From an uncultured Christensenella sp. (GTDB taxonomy: Bacteria > Bacillota > Clostridia > Christensenellales > Borkfalkiaceae): 53,451 nt of DNA. Both the position numbers and the translations under genes were made by a program. Below the pieces are notes generated by a model. That model was not told the origin of the DNA. It saw only the letters and a program-made list of their open reading frames with translations, and did not search any database. Numbering within the stretch: the stretch's first letter is position 1; each line of letters begins with the position of its first letter. The DNA is taken from contig CAYYYD010000002.1 in assembly GCA_964475885.1 (NCBI GenBank), positions 1 to 53,451 on the forward strand, given 5' to 3'. Positions 34,561 to 43,681 of the stretch are shown piece after piece.

Positions 34561-36852
34561 ATGAAACACAAAAAGTTTGCGCCGGATTATGCCACGGTTT
34601 TAAGATACTTACTGTTTTTTATTTCGGTAATCGTAATGAACAACCTACAAAAAAGAGTTATGCCCTATTCTTTCGCGCTACTCGTATCGGCATCGTTTAA
34701 CGGATTAAACGCCGTAATTTGTTCGCTTTTGTATTTAATTTCGTTCTTATGTCAGGGCGCGGTGGGGCTGTTACTTTCGGGTGCGATTTCGTGTGCGATT
34801 ATTATAATAGTAAACGCGTTATACAAAAAGTTTTCCGTTTCCGTTAAATACGAAATCGTTTTGCTTGGCGCGGTGGGTATGCTTGTTTTTGCTCTGATAG
34901 GCGACACTTCCGAAAAGTTAGGTACCGAAACCGTAATACTGTGCGCGGTTATTACCACCCTTTTAACTTTTGTTTGCCACGTGTTTATAAACGCCGTGCT
35001 TAAAAAAGGGCTTAAATACAAACTCGGCTACGACGAATTTTTTTCGGTTGCCATAATAACCGTATTGTTCGGGCTGGGCGTGTCTAATGCCTTTTCGCCG
35101 TATATATGGAAGGGCGTTTCGGTGCTTTTAATACTGCTGTGCGCCTTTGTATACAAAAAAGGGTTTGCCGTAATAGTTTCGGCAACTCTCGGAATAAGCC
35201 TTTCGGTATACTACTCTAATGTCAACTACGCTTCGGCGTTTTTGATTTTGGGTTTGGTAGCCGAAAGTCTTACGCCCTATTCTAGGCACGTTGCGGGAAT
35301 TACCGTTTTAATTTGCGACTACTTAACAGAAAGTTTTTTCGGTATTTACGGCGGATACTTATTGGGCGATTTTTTATCTACTCTGTGCGGTGTTACGGTA
35401 TTCTTTTTTATACCGACAAAACTTTTAAGGTCACTAAAAGACAAACTTTATACCTTCCGCGAAAAACAACTGACAAGAGTTGCCATTAACCGAAACAGGC
35501 TTTTATTGTCTAACAGACTGTATCAATTAAGCGGAGTGTTCGGCGAAATGTCGGACGCCTTTATAAACTTTAAAAAATGCACGCTAGACACCGACAAAGC
35601 AAAGTCTTTAATACATAAAGAAATACTTAATACCGCGTGTAAAGATTGCCCTAACCGTTCTAAATGCAAAGCCGTGTACTCGTCGGACTTTAACGGTTTA
35701 CACAAACTTATAGACCTGGGCTTTGCCAAAGGAAAACTTTCGCTTATAGATTTACCCAAAGAACTTTCGGAAATATGTATTCACCCCAACAATATTTTAT
35801 ACGGACTTAACAAACTTTTGGCAGATTACAGAAACCGCTTAATAGAAAACCAAAACATAGAAAACGGCAGAACGCTTATTGCCAACGAAGTACAAGGCGT
35901 TTCGGATATTTTAAGGGGGCTGGCTTTAGAATCGGGCGCAACGCTTAAATACCAAAGCAGGCTTGAACGCAGTTTAACCGACAAGCTGTTTAAAGATGGT
36001 TTTTGCGTAAGCGAACTGCTTATTTACGGCGAAGAAAACCGCGTAACGGTGGGCGTTATTCTTACGATGAACGAATTCGACCAAGACAAACTTTGCCGAA
36101 TTATAAGTAAAACGGTAGGCGCGGATATGCGGTTAAGCGACAGAACGACAATAAGCGCCGACAAATGTTACCTGTCGTTTAACAGGGCGTGCGACTACGA
36201 CGCCGTGTACGGCATTTCTCAAGCCAGAAAAGACGGCTCGCCCGTCAGCGGAGACACCCATTCGGTTACAAGACTTTCGGACGACAGGTTTTTGGTTGCA
36301 CTGTCCGACGGAATGGGTAGCGGGGAAAACGCCAACCGACTGTCTTCGGTTTCGCTTTCTTTAATAGAAAGTTTTTATAAGGCGGGTATGAACAGCAACC
36401 TTATACTAGACACGGTAAACAAACTTATGTCCGTTACCGCCGAAGACGATTTTACCGCATTGGACGTTTCGGTAATAGACCTAAAAAACTGTACTGCGGA
36501 TTTTATTAAATACGGCGCTCCGTACGGCTTTATAGTAAGCCAAAACGGAATACGCATAGTAGAAAGCAATACCCTTCCGCTTGGCATTTTAGACGAATTA
36601 AAACCTTCGGTATGCACTGCCGAACTTAACGACGGAGATATAATTTTGCTTGTAACCGACGGCGTGTCGGACGCTTTCGGTTGCGCCAACGATTTAATAG
36701 ATTACTTACGCCGACTGCCTGCAAAAAATCCGCAAACGCTTTGCGATAACGTTATGAAAAAAGCGTTAGAATACGCCGACGGTAAAAAAGCCGACGATAT
36801 GACTGCTTTGGCGGTAAGGGTAGTAAAAAGAAAAAAACCGCATACGGCGTAA
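34561..36852 (+). CDS. spoIIE: stage II sporulation protein E (PP2C phosphatase with polytopic N-domain)
   Basis: About 10 N-terminal TM segments and a C-terminal PP2C domain (GDTHSV...ALSDGMGSG...TDGVSD). ATG 34561 is preferred over TTG 34546. Confidence 0.88.
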   Translation: MKHKKFAPDYATVLRYLLFFISVIVMNNLQKRVMPYSFALLVSASFNGLNAVICSLLYLISFLCQGAVGLLLSGAISCAIIIIVNALYKKFSVSVKYEIVLLGAVGMLVFALIGDTSEKLGTETVILCAVITTLLTFVCHVFINAVLKKGLKYKLGYDEFFSVAIITVLFGLGVSNAFSPYIWKGVSVLLILLCAFVYKKGFAVIVSATLGISLSVYYSNVNYASAFLILGLVAESLTPYSRHVAGITVLICDYLTESFFGIYGGYLLGDFLSTLCGVTVFFFIPTKLLRSLKDKLYTFREKQLTRVAINRNRLLLSNRLYQLSGVFGEMSDAFINFKKCTLDTDKAKSLIHKEILNTACKDCPNRSKCKAVYSSDFNGLHKLIDLGFAKGKLSLIDLPKELSEICIHPNNILYGLNKLLADYRNRLIENQNIENGRTLIANEVQGVSDILRGLALESGATLKYQSRLERSLTDKLFKDGFCVSELLIYGEENRVTVGVILTMNEFDQDKLCRIISKTVGADMRLSDRTTISADKCYLSFNRACDYDAVYGISQARKDGSPVSGDTHSVTRLSDDRFLVALSDGMGSGENANRLSSVSLSLIESFYKAGMNSNLILDTVNKLMSVTAEDDFTALDVSVIDLKNCTADFIKYGAPYGFIVSQNGIRIVESNTLPLGILDELKPSVCTAELNDGDIILLVTDGVSDAFGCANDLIDYLRRLPAKNPQTLCDNVMKKALEYADGKKADDMTALAVRVVKRKKPHTA

Positions 36853-36911
36853 TTGATTTTTGTAAAATACCTTGTCTGCAATTTATAACGGTTTACGATT
36901 TAAATTAAAAA

Positions 36912-36943
36912 GGGCTTAAAGATAACAAGTTATCTTTAAGCCC
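36912..36943. terminator. bidirectional terminator between spoIIE and the zinc-ribbon gene
   Basis: GGGCTTAAAGATAAC / GTTATCTTTAAGCCC 15-bp stem. Confidence 0.7.
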
Positions 36944-36971
36944 CTATCGTTTTACAGTCGAATAGCACTAC

Positions 36972-37496
36972 TTACTGCTTTTTCATTTCTCCGCAACCTA
37001 TACAAAAATACGAAGACGAAGCGTTTTCTTTTCCGCATTTTTCACAAGTCCATACCCCCGACTTATCGGAAACGAGTTGCTGTTTTTCGGTATTCTGCGT
37101 TTCGGTTTTAGTATCTGAAACCGAATTATCGTGTTCGAACGGTTTTAACAAAAAAGACAGCAAAAGAACCAACAAACTCGGTACGAATAGCAAACTCATT
37201 AAAACCCAAGCGGTAAAGTCGTGCTTTTTGTCTTCAGCAATCAAGCCCGTTTCTAACGCGCAAACCGACACTACGCCGAATATAATACCTAAAACCGACC
37301 ACCACTTAACGTCGTGCTTGGTGTCTTTTGCGTGCTTAGACACTTTAAGCGCGATAAAAGAGTTAAGTAAAAATATACAACCCAGCACGCACCACAAAAC
37401 CTTGTTGCGACCTTGCTTTACCGCTTCTTTATACGAAAGAACGCCAAAGCAAACCATAAGCGCAATTATTAACAATATAATAAGAACAACCTTCAT
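36972..37496 (-). CDS. membrane protein with C-terminal zinc-ribbon
   Basis: About 174 aa from ATG 37496 (GGAG 10 nt upstream). Four hydrophobic segments, then WTCEKCGKEN...CIGCG (CxxC-x14-CxxC). Confidence 0.65.
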   Translation of the reverse strand: MKVVLIILLIIALMVCFGVLSYKEAVKQGRNKVLWCVLGCIFLLNSFIALKVSKHAKDTKHDVKWWSVLGIIFGVVSVCALETGLIAEDKKHDFTAWVLMSLLFVPSLLVLLLSFLLKPFEHDNSVSDTKTETQNTEKQQLVSDKSGVWTCEKCGKENASSSYFCIGCGEMKKQ

Positions 37497-37577
37497 TGTT
37501 TTTAATCTCCTTATAAATATAAAATTACTTATATAAAACGCTGACAAAAATGTTTTTGCAACCTGTTTTCGGCTACG

Positions 37578-38969
37578 TTACTTTACGTTAAAATAGTTTA
37601 TGGCGTTGTTATAAGAAACGTCTTTAACGACCTTTCCTACAAGCTCTAAGTCTTGCGTCATTTCGCCGTTTTCTATCATCTTGCCGAAATAATTGCAAAG
37701 TATTCTTCTGAAATAATGATGTCTGGGATAAGACAAAAGCGAACGAGAATCGGTAAGCATACCGATAAAAGCGCCTATATGACCGGTTGCGGTAAGGTCT
37801 TCTAAATGTTTTTCCATACCGACCTTGTTATCTAAAAACCACCAAGCGGGACCGTACTGAATTTTTCCCCTTGCTTCGTCGCTTTGGAAACAACCTATAA
37901 GCGTCATAATTTCCGTATTCATTTTGGGGTTTAGGTTAAACACTATGGTTTTGGGCAAACTGTTTTCGTTGTTTAAGGTATCGAACAGCCTAGACATATT
38001 TTTTATGCTGTTGTCTTCTGCAATGCTGTCGTAACCGGTATCTAACCCTAACTTTTCTAACATAATAGAATTGTTGTTTCTCATTGCGCCGATGTGAAGT
38101 TCGGTTCTTATATCGTATTTTGCGTAAAGCTTCATTAAGAAATAGGTAAAGTATCCCTTAAAAATTTGCGCCTGTTCGTCGGTAATCGTTTTGCCTTCCC
38201 TTGCCATTTTAAACACCTTGTCGGCGTCTTGTTTGTCGGTTATGGGATAAACGTTTTGAAGGGCAATGTCGCTTGCGCAAGTTCCGACTTTTATAAATTC
38301 GCGCAAACGCTTTTCGATTGCGCTTTCTAAATCGTCTATATCTTCTATTTTACCGGTTAAAGCCTGCAACTTTTCTATAAAAGAATAGTAGCCTTTTGCT
38401 TCTACATTCATTATTTTGTCGGCACGAAAAGCGGGAATGACTTTGAACTTGTAACCTTTTTGCGCGATTTTACCGAAAGTGTCTAGGTCGTCGAAAATTT
38501 CGTTGGTGGTAAATATGTATTTTACGTTAGACTTTTCTATTAAACTTTGCGGTGTTATGTTGTTAAGCTTTATGTAGTCGTTACACCAATTCCAAATAAG
38601 TTCGGCGTTTTCGCCGTTTATTTCTATTTCACAGTTAAAAAATTCTTTAAGTTCTACCTGCGACCAATGGTACAACGGGTTGCCGAAAGCCGTGGCAAGC
38701 GTCGTGCAGTAGGCAACGAATTTTTCTTTGTTAGACTTGCTTCCCGTAATGTACTCTTCGTTTACCCCGTAGTTTCTCATAAGACGCCACTTGTAGTGGT
38801 CGCCTTTAAGCCAGATTTCGAAAACGTCGTTAAAGCACTTGTTTTCTAAAATCTGTTTTTCGGGTAAATGACAGTGATAGTCGAAAATCGGCATAGATTT
38901 TGCATAGTCGTTGTACAACTTTTCTGCCGTTTTGTTTGTCAATAAAAAATTATCTTTTAAATAACTCAT
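37578..38969 (-). CDS. uxaC: glucuronate isomerase
   Basis: 463 aa; IFDYHCHL opening motif; context with uxaA and uxaB. Confidence 0.9.
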   Translation of the reverse strand: MSYLKDNFLLTNKTAEKLYNDYAKSMPIFDYHCHLPEKQILENKCFNDVFEIWLKGDHYKWRLMRNYGVNEEYITGSKSNKEKFVAYCTTLATAFGNPLYHWSQVELKEFFNCEIEINGENAELIWNWCNDYIKLNNITPQSLIEKSNVKYIFTTNEIFDDLDTFGKIAQKGYKFKVIPAFRADKIMNVEAKGYYSFIEKLQALTGKIEDIDDLESAIEKRLREFIKVGTCASDIALQNVYPITDKQDADKVFKMAREGKTITDEQAQIFKGYFTYFLMKLYAKYDIRTELHIGAMRNNNSIMLEKLGLDTGYDSIAEDNSIKNMSRLFDTLNNENSLPKTIVFNLNPKMNTEIMTLIGCFQSDEARGKIQYGPAWWFLDNKVGMEKHLEDLTATGHIGAFIGMLTDSRSLLSYPRHHYFRRILCNYFGKMIENGEMTQDLELVGKVVKDVSYNNAINYFNVK

Positions 38970-39015
38970 ATACTTTTCTCCTATAATTTATTCTACCGCG
39001 CTTTTGCGGTACATA

Positions 39016-40422
39016 TTAAAGTGTTACGCCTGTTTTGTAAAAGGCTATTTCCCTTATGTCTTCGCTTTTAACTTTATACTCGCCGTTTACCGTTTTAATA
39101 AGCAAATCGAAAAGCGCGTCTTCGTCCATACCGAACGCGTTAAAATCTATCCAATTATCTTTAAAATCTGCCAAACGATTATTAGAAGCGATTTTCATTG
39201 TAGGAACGAAAGTAGAAAACGGTGTTCCCCTGCCCGTCGTAAACAACACTACCTGACAACCCGCCGCCGCCAAAGCCGTAGAAGCGATTAAATCGTTGCC
39301 CGGTGCGTTTAGTGTAGACACGCCTGTCTTTTTTACAATGTCGCCGTAACCTAAAACGTCTACTATTTCGGTACTGCCCGCCTTTTCTATACAGCCCAGC
39401 GACTTTTCTTCTAACGTCGTTATACCGCCCTTTTTGTTGCCGGGGCTGGGGTTTTCGTATACGGGGAAACCCTGACTTATGTAAAAGTTTTTAAAGTCTT
39501 CTATCATCTTTTTGTAGTCGTTAAAAATTTCCTGCGTCTTGCACTTGTTCATTAACAACTGCTCTGCGCCGAACATTTCGGGAACTTCGGTAAGAACCGC
39601 GCTTCCGCCGTAAGACACAAGCCTGTCGGAAATTTTGCCGACCAACGGGTTTGCGGTTAGCCCCGAATACCCGTCCGAGCCACCGCACTTTAACCCGATG
39701 CAGAGTTCGGATAAATCTACTTCTTCTCTCTTTAAGTCTTTTGCCTTTTCGGAAAAGTTCTTTATAATTTCTAAGCCGTAGCTCAGTTCGTCTTCTACGT
39801 CTTGACAGTTAAAGTATTCTATATTGGTACGATTAAACGGTTTTAAGTACTCTTTAATACCGTCCATACCGTTGTTTTCGCAACCTAAACCCACAAACAA
39901 AACATAGGTGGCGTTAGGGTTAAGCGCAATAGAACAAAGAAGTTTTTTAATATTGTCGTTATCTGCGCCCAGTTGCGAACAACCGAATTGGTGCGGTAAC
40001 GCAAAAATTCCGTCTATGCTACCCCTAACGTATTTCTGCGCAAGGCGTTCCATTCTCATACAAACATTGTTTACGCAACCGACGGTAGGAATAATATATA
40101 TTTCGTTTCTTATACCAGCCCTGCCCTTTTCTCGTTTAAAGCCCATAAAGGTGCCTTTAGCAGAAGGCATTTTATTAGCCGAAAAGTTGTAAGTGTACGC
40201 TTCGGGCGTTTCGTCTAAATGCGATTTTACGTTGTGCGTATGAACCCATTCGCCCTTTTTAATATCGACTTTAGCCCTGCCTATTACTTCGCCGTACTTA
40301 ATAACCAAGTCGCCCTTTTTAATGTCTTTTAACGCATATTTATGACCTGCCGGAATATCGCCCGTTCCGTTTAGGGTTATACCGATGTTGTCTTTTTGGT
40401 TTATGATTATATTGTCTTTCAT
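39016..40422 (-). CDS. uxaA: altronate dehydratase
   Basis: 468 aa; N-terminal SAF-like beta-clip (GHKYALKDIKKGDLVIKYG) and a GD_AH-type C-terminal domain. Confidence 0.85.
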   Translation of the reverse strand: MKDNIIINQKDNIGITLNGTGDIPAGHKYALKDIKKGDLVIKYGEVIGRAKVDIKKGEWVHTHNVKSHLDETPEAYTYNFSANKMPSAKGTFMGFKREKGRAGIRNEIYIIPTVGCVNNVCMRMERLAQKYVRGSIDGIFALPHQFGCSQLGADNDNIKKLLCSIALNPNATYVLFVGLGCENNGMDGIKEYLKPFNRTNIEYFNCQDVEDELSYGLEIIKNFSEKAKDLKREEVDLSELCIGLKCGGSDGYSGLTANPLVGKISDRLVSYGGSAVLTEVPEMFGAEQLLMNKCKTQEIFNDYKKMIEDFKNFYISQGFPVYENPSPGNKKGGITTLEEKSLGCIEKAGSTEIVDVLGYGDIVKKTGVSTLNAPGNDLIASTALAAAGCQVVLFTTGRGTPFSTFVPTMKIASNNRLADFKDNWIDFNAFGMDEDALFDLLIKTVNGEYKVKSEDIREIAFYKTGVTL

Positions 40423-40426
40423 TTAT

Positions 40427-41293
40427 TTACTCCCAATCTTTAAATCCCTTACCGCGAACTTCGTTAGAATCGTTTACTATTACAAACGCACATTCGTCTA
40501 TTTCGTGAACTATTTTACGGAATTGCGGTAACTGTCTACTTTTAACGCAAGTAATAATTACATCGTGATGTTTGCCTGTATACATACCCTTTCCGTCCAT
40601 AAGCGTAACGCCACGCGGACTTTTTTCTACAAGCGTTTTGCCCATTTCTTCGCCCTTGTCGGTAATAACCACGCACATCTTAGATTTTTCTAAGCCGACT
40701 AAAACTATTTCCGAAACCTTAGTGCTTAAAAAAATTACGATAAGGGCGTGCAACATATTAGACGGGTTGCCAGTAACAATCGAACCGACGACCACGATAA
40801 CGCCGTCTAGTATACCTACGCAGACGGGTATGCTTAAAACTTTTACCGCGCGAGAAACAAGCCTGCCCAACAGTTCCGTTCCACCGCTACTAAACTGATA
40901 CCTTACAAAAAGCCCTATGCCTATACCCTGACACAGTCCGCCGTAAATAGAAGCAAGAACTCCGTCGTCGGTAAGCGCCGGTAAAAGAGCCAAAAGGTCG
41001 GTTACCACGCCCAGCGTCGCTACCGTAATCAGACAGCGCAACACGAATTTTATGCCCTGATATTTTATACCCAAAATAAGTATAGGCACGTTTATTACGA
41101 TAGAAACCATACCTATAAGAATTTTTTCGTTAAAGTAATTGATAAGTACGGCAAGCCCCGTTACACCGCCGGCTATAATGTCGTTGGGGGCAAGAAACAA
41201 ACTGGTGCTTAACCCGTAAGCGACGCACCCCAACACCATAAACGCATAGCCTTTAATTTCGTTTAGTATCTTTTTATTTTTTATGTTACTCAT
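40427..41293 (-). CDS. YitT family membrane protein (C-terminal DUF2179)
   Basis: 288 aa; 5-6 TM segments, then RGVTLMDGKGMYTG...IDECAFVIVNDSNEVRGKGF, typical of DUF2179. Confidence 0.8.
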   Translation of the reverse strand: MSNIKNKKILNEIKGYAFMVLGCVAYGLSTSLFLAPNDIIAGGVTGLAVLINYFNEKILIGMVSIVINVPILILGIKYQGIKFVLRCLITVATLGVVTDLLALLPALTDDGVLASIYGGLCQGIGIGLFVRYQFSSGGTELLGRLVSRAVKVLSIPVCVGILDGVIVVVGSIVTGNPSNMLHALIVIFLSTKVSEIVLVGLEKSKMCVVITDKGEEMGKTLVEKSPRGVTLMDGKGMYTGKHHDVIITCVKSRQLPQFRKIVHEIDECAFVIVNDSNEVRGKGFKDWE

Positions 41294-41306
41294 AACACGC
41301 CGAATA

Positions 41307-42683
41307 TTAAAGTAAAGTTTCTCCGTTATAAAGTTTTGCTACGTTTTCTTGTACGGCTTTACCGAACCCTTGGTAACGGGTAAGGTCTTCGCCCCAAACG
41401 TCTGCCTTCTTCATAAAGTCTATCGCACTACCGCCGTTTGCAAAATATTCTAAGTACGGAGCGTCGTCCATTACTTCTATCTTTCTGGTAGGAAGTTGTA
41501 CGTAATATTTTCCGTCGTCGGCTTTTTGTATTCTTTGATAAATAGCCATAAGGTAAGAAAAGCCTTTTACCATATTTGCGGGGATTTTTCCGTGAGCGTT
41601 ATAGTAGTCGGAAAAACTGCAAAGGTTTCTTGCTTTCCATTTAGAAATGCTGTTTAACGCAATGCTGGTAAGCAAGTGGTTTAAAAACGGGTTTAAGAAA
41701 CGCGCTTTAATGCTTTCGGCAAATACGGTAGTCGCCTTAATATCGTCGGACACGAACGGTACGATTTCTTCGGTCAACGTATCTTCTAAAAACTTAGAAA
41801 GTTTTGCGTCGGTCATACAGTCGTAAACGGTTTCTTTACCGTGCCACAAACCTGCCGGAATAAGGTTGGTATGACTGCCGTTTAATACCCTTACCTTTCT
41901 TTTTTTGTAATATTTTATGTCTTTGGTTAAAACGACTTCTATGTTGTGTACGCCGTCTTTTACGTATTTAGAAATTTCGCCCTTGTCTTCTACCGCCCAA
42001 AGCCCGAAAGGTTCGCCTACGGAAACAAGGCTGTCTTCTTCGCCGACTATGTCGGTTAAATGCTGTTTGAGTTCGGGCGTTCTGGGGTGCCCCGAAACGA
42101 TACGGTCTACAAGCGTATTGCAGTAATAGTTTTGTTCGTCGTTCCACTTTTTAAATTCGTCGGGAAGTTTCCATAACCGTATGTACTTATCTACGCATTT
42201 ATAAAGTTCGTCGGCGTTGTTGTCTATAAGTTCTACGGGCATCATATACACACCGCCCAAACCCGCGTTAAAACGCTCGAATAAAAACTTGGTAAGTTTT
42301 GCCGGGAACGTAATGCTTTCGAACCCGTTAATGTCGTCGTTTGCGTTATAGCAGATACCCGCTTCGGTCGTGTTGGAAACAACGAGTTTTAAGTCGGGGT
42401 CTTTTGCAAGCGCATAATACTTTTCTAATTCTTCGAAAGGCGAAATTACGCTTTCTAAAACGTCTACCTTGTAAACGTCTTCTACGGCTTTGTCGTCTTT
42501 CATACCGCGTAAAACAATATGGTATTTATTGTTTTGCTTTTTAAATGCTTCTAAACTGCCGAAGGTTATCGGCTTTACGATATTTACCTTGTATTCTCCG
42601 CCTTCTTTGTTAAGCGTGTCGAAATAAAGGTCTACAAACGTCCTTAAAAAGTTACCTTCACCGAATTGTACTACTTTAATCAT
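41307..42683 (-). CDS. uxaB: tagaturonate reductase (altronate oxidoreductase)
   Basis: 458 aa; VVQFGEGNFLR opening of the long-chain mannitol-dehydrogenase family; uxa context. Confidence 0.85.
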   Translation of the reverse strand: MIKVVQFGEGNFLRTFVDLYFDTLNKEGGEYKVNIVKPITFGSLEAFKKQNNKYHIVLRGMKDDKAVEDVYKVDVLESVISPFEELEKYYALAKDPDLKLVVSNTTEAGICYNANDDINGFESITFPAKLTKFLFERFNAGLGGVYMMPVELIDNNADELYKCVDKYIRLWKLPDEFKKWNDEQNYYCNTLVDRIVSGHPRTPELKQHLTDIVGEEDSLVSVGEPFGLWAVEDKGEISKYVKDGVHNIEVVLTKDIKYYKKRKVRVLNGSHTNLIPAGLWHGKETVYDCMTDAKLSKFLEDTLTEEIVPFVSDDIKATTVFAESIKARFLNPFLNHLLTSIALNSISKWKARNLCSFSDYYNAHGKIPANMVKGFSYLMAIYQRIQKADDGKYYVQLPTRKIEVMDDAPYLEYFANGGSAIDFMKKADVWGEDLTRYQGFGKAVQENVAKLYNGETLL

Positions 42684-42747
42684 ATATAACTCCTGTTAAG
42701 TTTTTTAGCGACTTTATCGCTTTAGTTATATTATACTATGTTTTTAG

Positions 42748-42776
42748 TTGCCAATCAATAGAAAAAAGTATATAAT
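42748..42776 (+). promoter_or_regulatory. sigma-A-type promoter for AraC gene
   Basis: TTGCCA (42748-42753), 17 nt, TATAAT (42771-42776). Confidence 0.4.
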
Positions 42777-42810
42777 ATACGTAAAATTACATAAATCGTA
42801 AAGGTAAATT

Positions 42811-43605
42811 ATGCAGTTTATAGAATTCGAAGAAATTTCCGTTAAAGAAAAAATGACGATGAGCGCACCGCACAGCCACGAGTTTTACGAGTTGTATTTT
42901 TTACTGGACGGAAAGCGAGATTTTTTTATAAAAAACAAGATGTTCGTCGTAGAAGAAAACACTCTAATCGTAGTACCGCCCTTTTCTTTACACAAAACCG
43001 AAGGCGGGGCGTACAGGCGCATAAACGTAAACGTTTCTCCGTCGCTTTTAACCGAAAGCCAAAACGCCTTTTTAAAAAGGCTTTCAACTAAAACGGCGTT
43101 AAAGTTAGGAAATAAATATTCTGAAACGATTAAAACGCTTTTAATACAGGGCGCAGAACAACAGCGTAAAAGTTCGGTCGACAAAACCGACAACCTTTTG
43201 TCTATAATAAAAACCGTTTTGCTGTTACTTTCTACGCAAGACACCGTATCGGTGGCGTCGGTAAGCACGGCGTATAAACCCAACGACGTATCGCCCGAAG
43301 TTTTAAAAATTTTGTACTACATAAACAATAACTTAAACAAGCACATTACCCTAAACGTTCTGTGCGAAGAATTCTTTTTGTCTAAGGTTACTCTGTGCAA
43401 AAAATTCAAAGACGTTATGCACTGCTCTATTATGGATTACGTAAACGGTTTAAGACTTAACAAAGCAAAGTCTTTACTGCGCGAAACCAACAAGTCGATA
43501 GAAGAAATTGCCTGCGATTGCGGATATTCTTCGGCAAACTATTTCGGGCTTGTTTTTAAACGAGATATGAAGATTTCGCCCCTAAATTACCGAAAAACGA
43601 GATAA
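42811..43605 (+). CDS. AraC family transcriptional regulator (cupin + HTH)
   Basis: 264 aa; N-terminal cupin (HSHEFYELYF) and a C-terminal double HTH (IEEIACDCGYSSANYFGLVFKR). Confidence 0.88.
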   Translation: MQFIEFEEISVKEKMTMSAPHSHEFYELYFLLDGKRDFFIKNKMFVVEENTLIVVPPFSLHKTEGGAYRRINVNVSPSLLTESQNAFLKRLSTKTALKLGNKYSETIKTLLIQGAEQQRKSSVDKTDNLLSIIKTVLLLLSTQDTVSVASVSTAYKPNDVSPEVLKILYYINNNLNKHITLNVLCEEFFLSKVTLCKKFKDVMHCSIMDYVNGLRLNKAKSLLRETNKSIEEIACDCGYSSANYFGLVFKRDMKISPLNYRKTR

Positions 43606-43619
43606 ATTTTTTTTTAGTA

Positions 43620-43648
43620 TTGACAACGCGATTTATTAAGATTATAAT
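43620..43648 (+). promoter_or_regulatory. consensus sigma-A promoter for GH1 gene
   Basis: TTGACA (43620-43625), 17 nt, TATAAT (43643-43648). Confidence 0.55.
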
Positions 43649-43681
43649 TATTCAAATAAAATATAAACAGGAGATTTTTTT

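Noticed and set aside
42700-42747. GTTTTT(T)AG direct repeats (about 42700 and 42740) and the AGCGA-N5-TCGCT palindrome in the uxaB-araC intergenic region, as AraC operator sites.
   Set aside because: They are short, AT-rich and unsupported by any comparison. They are plausible but too weak to call as features.
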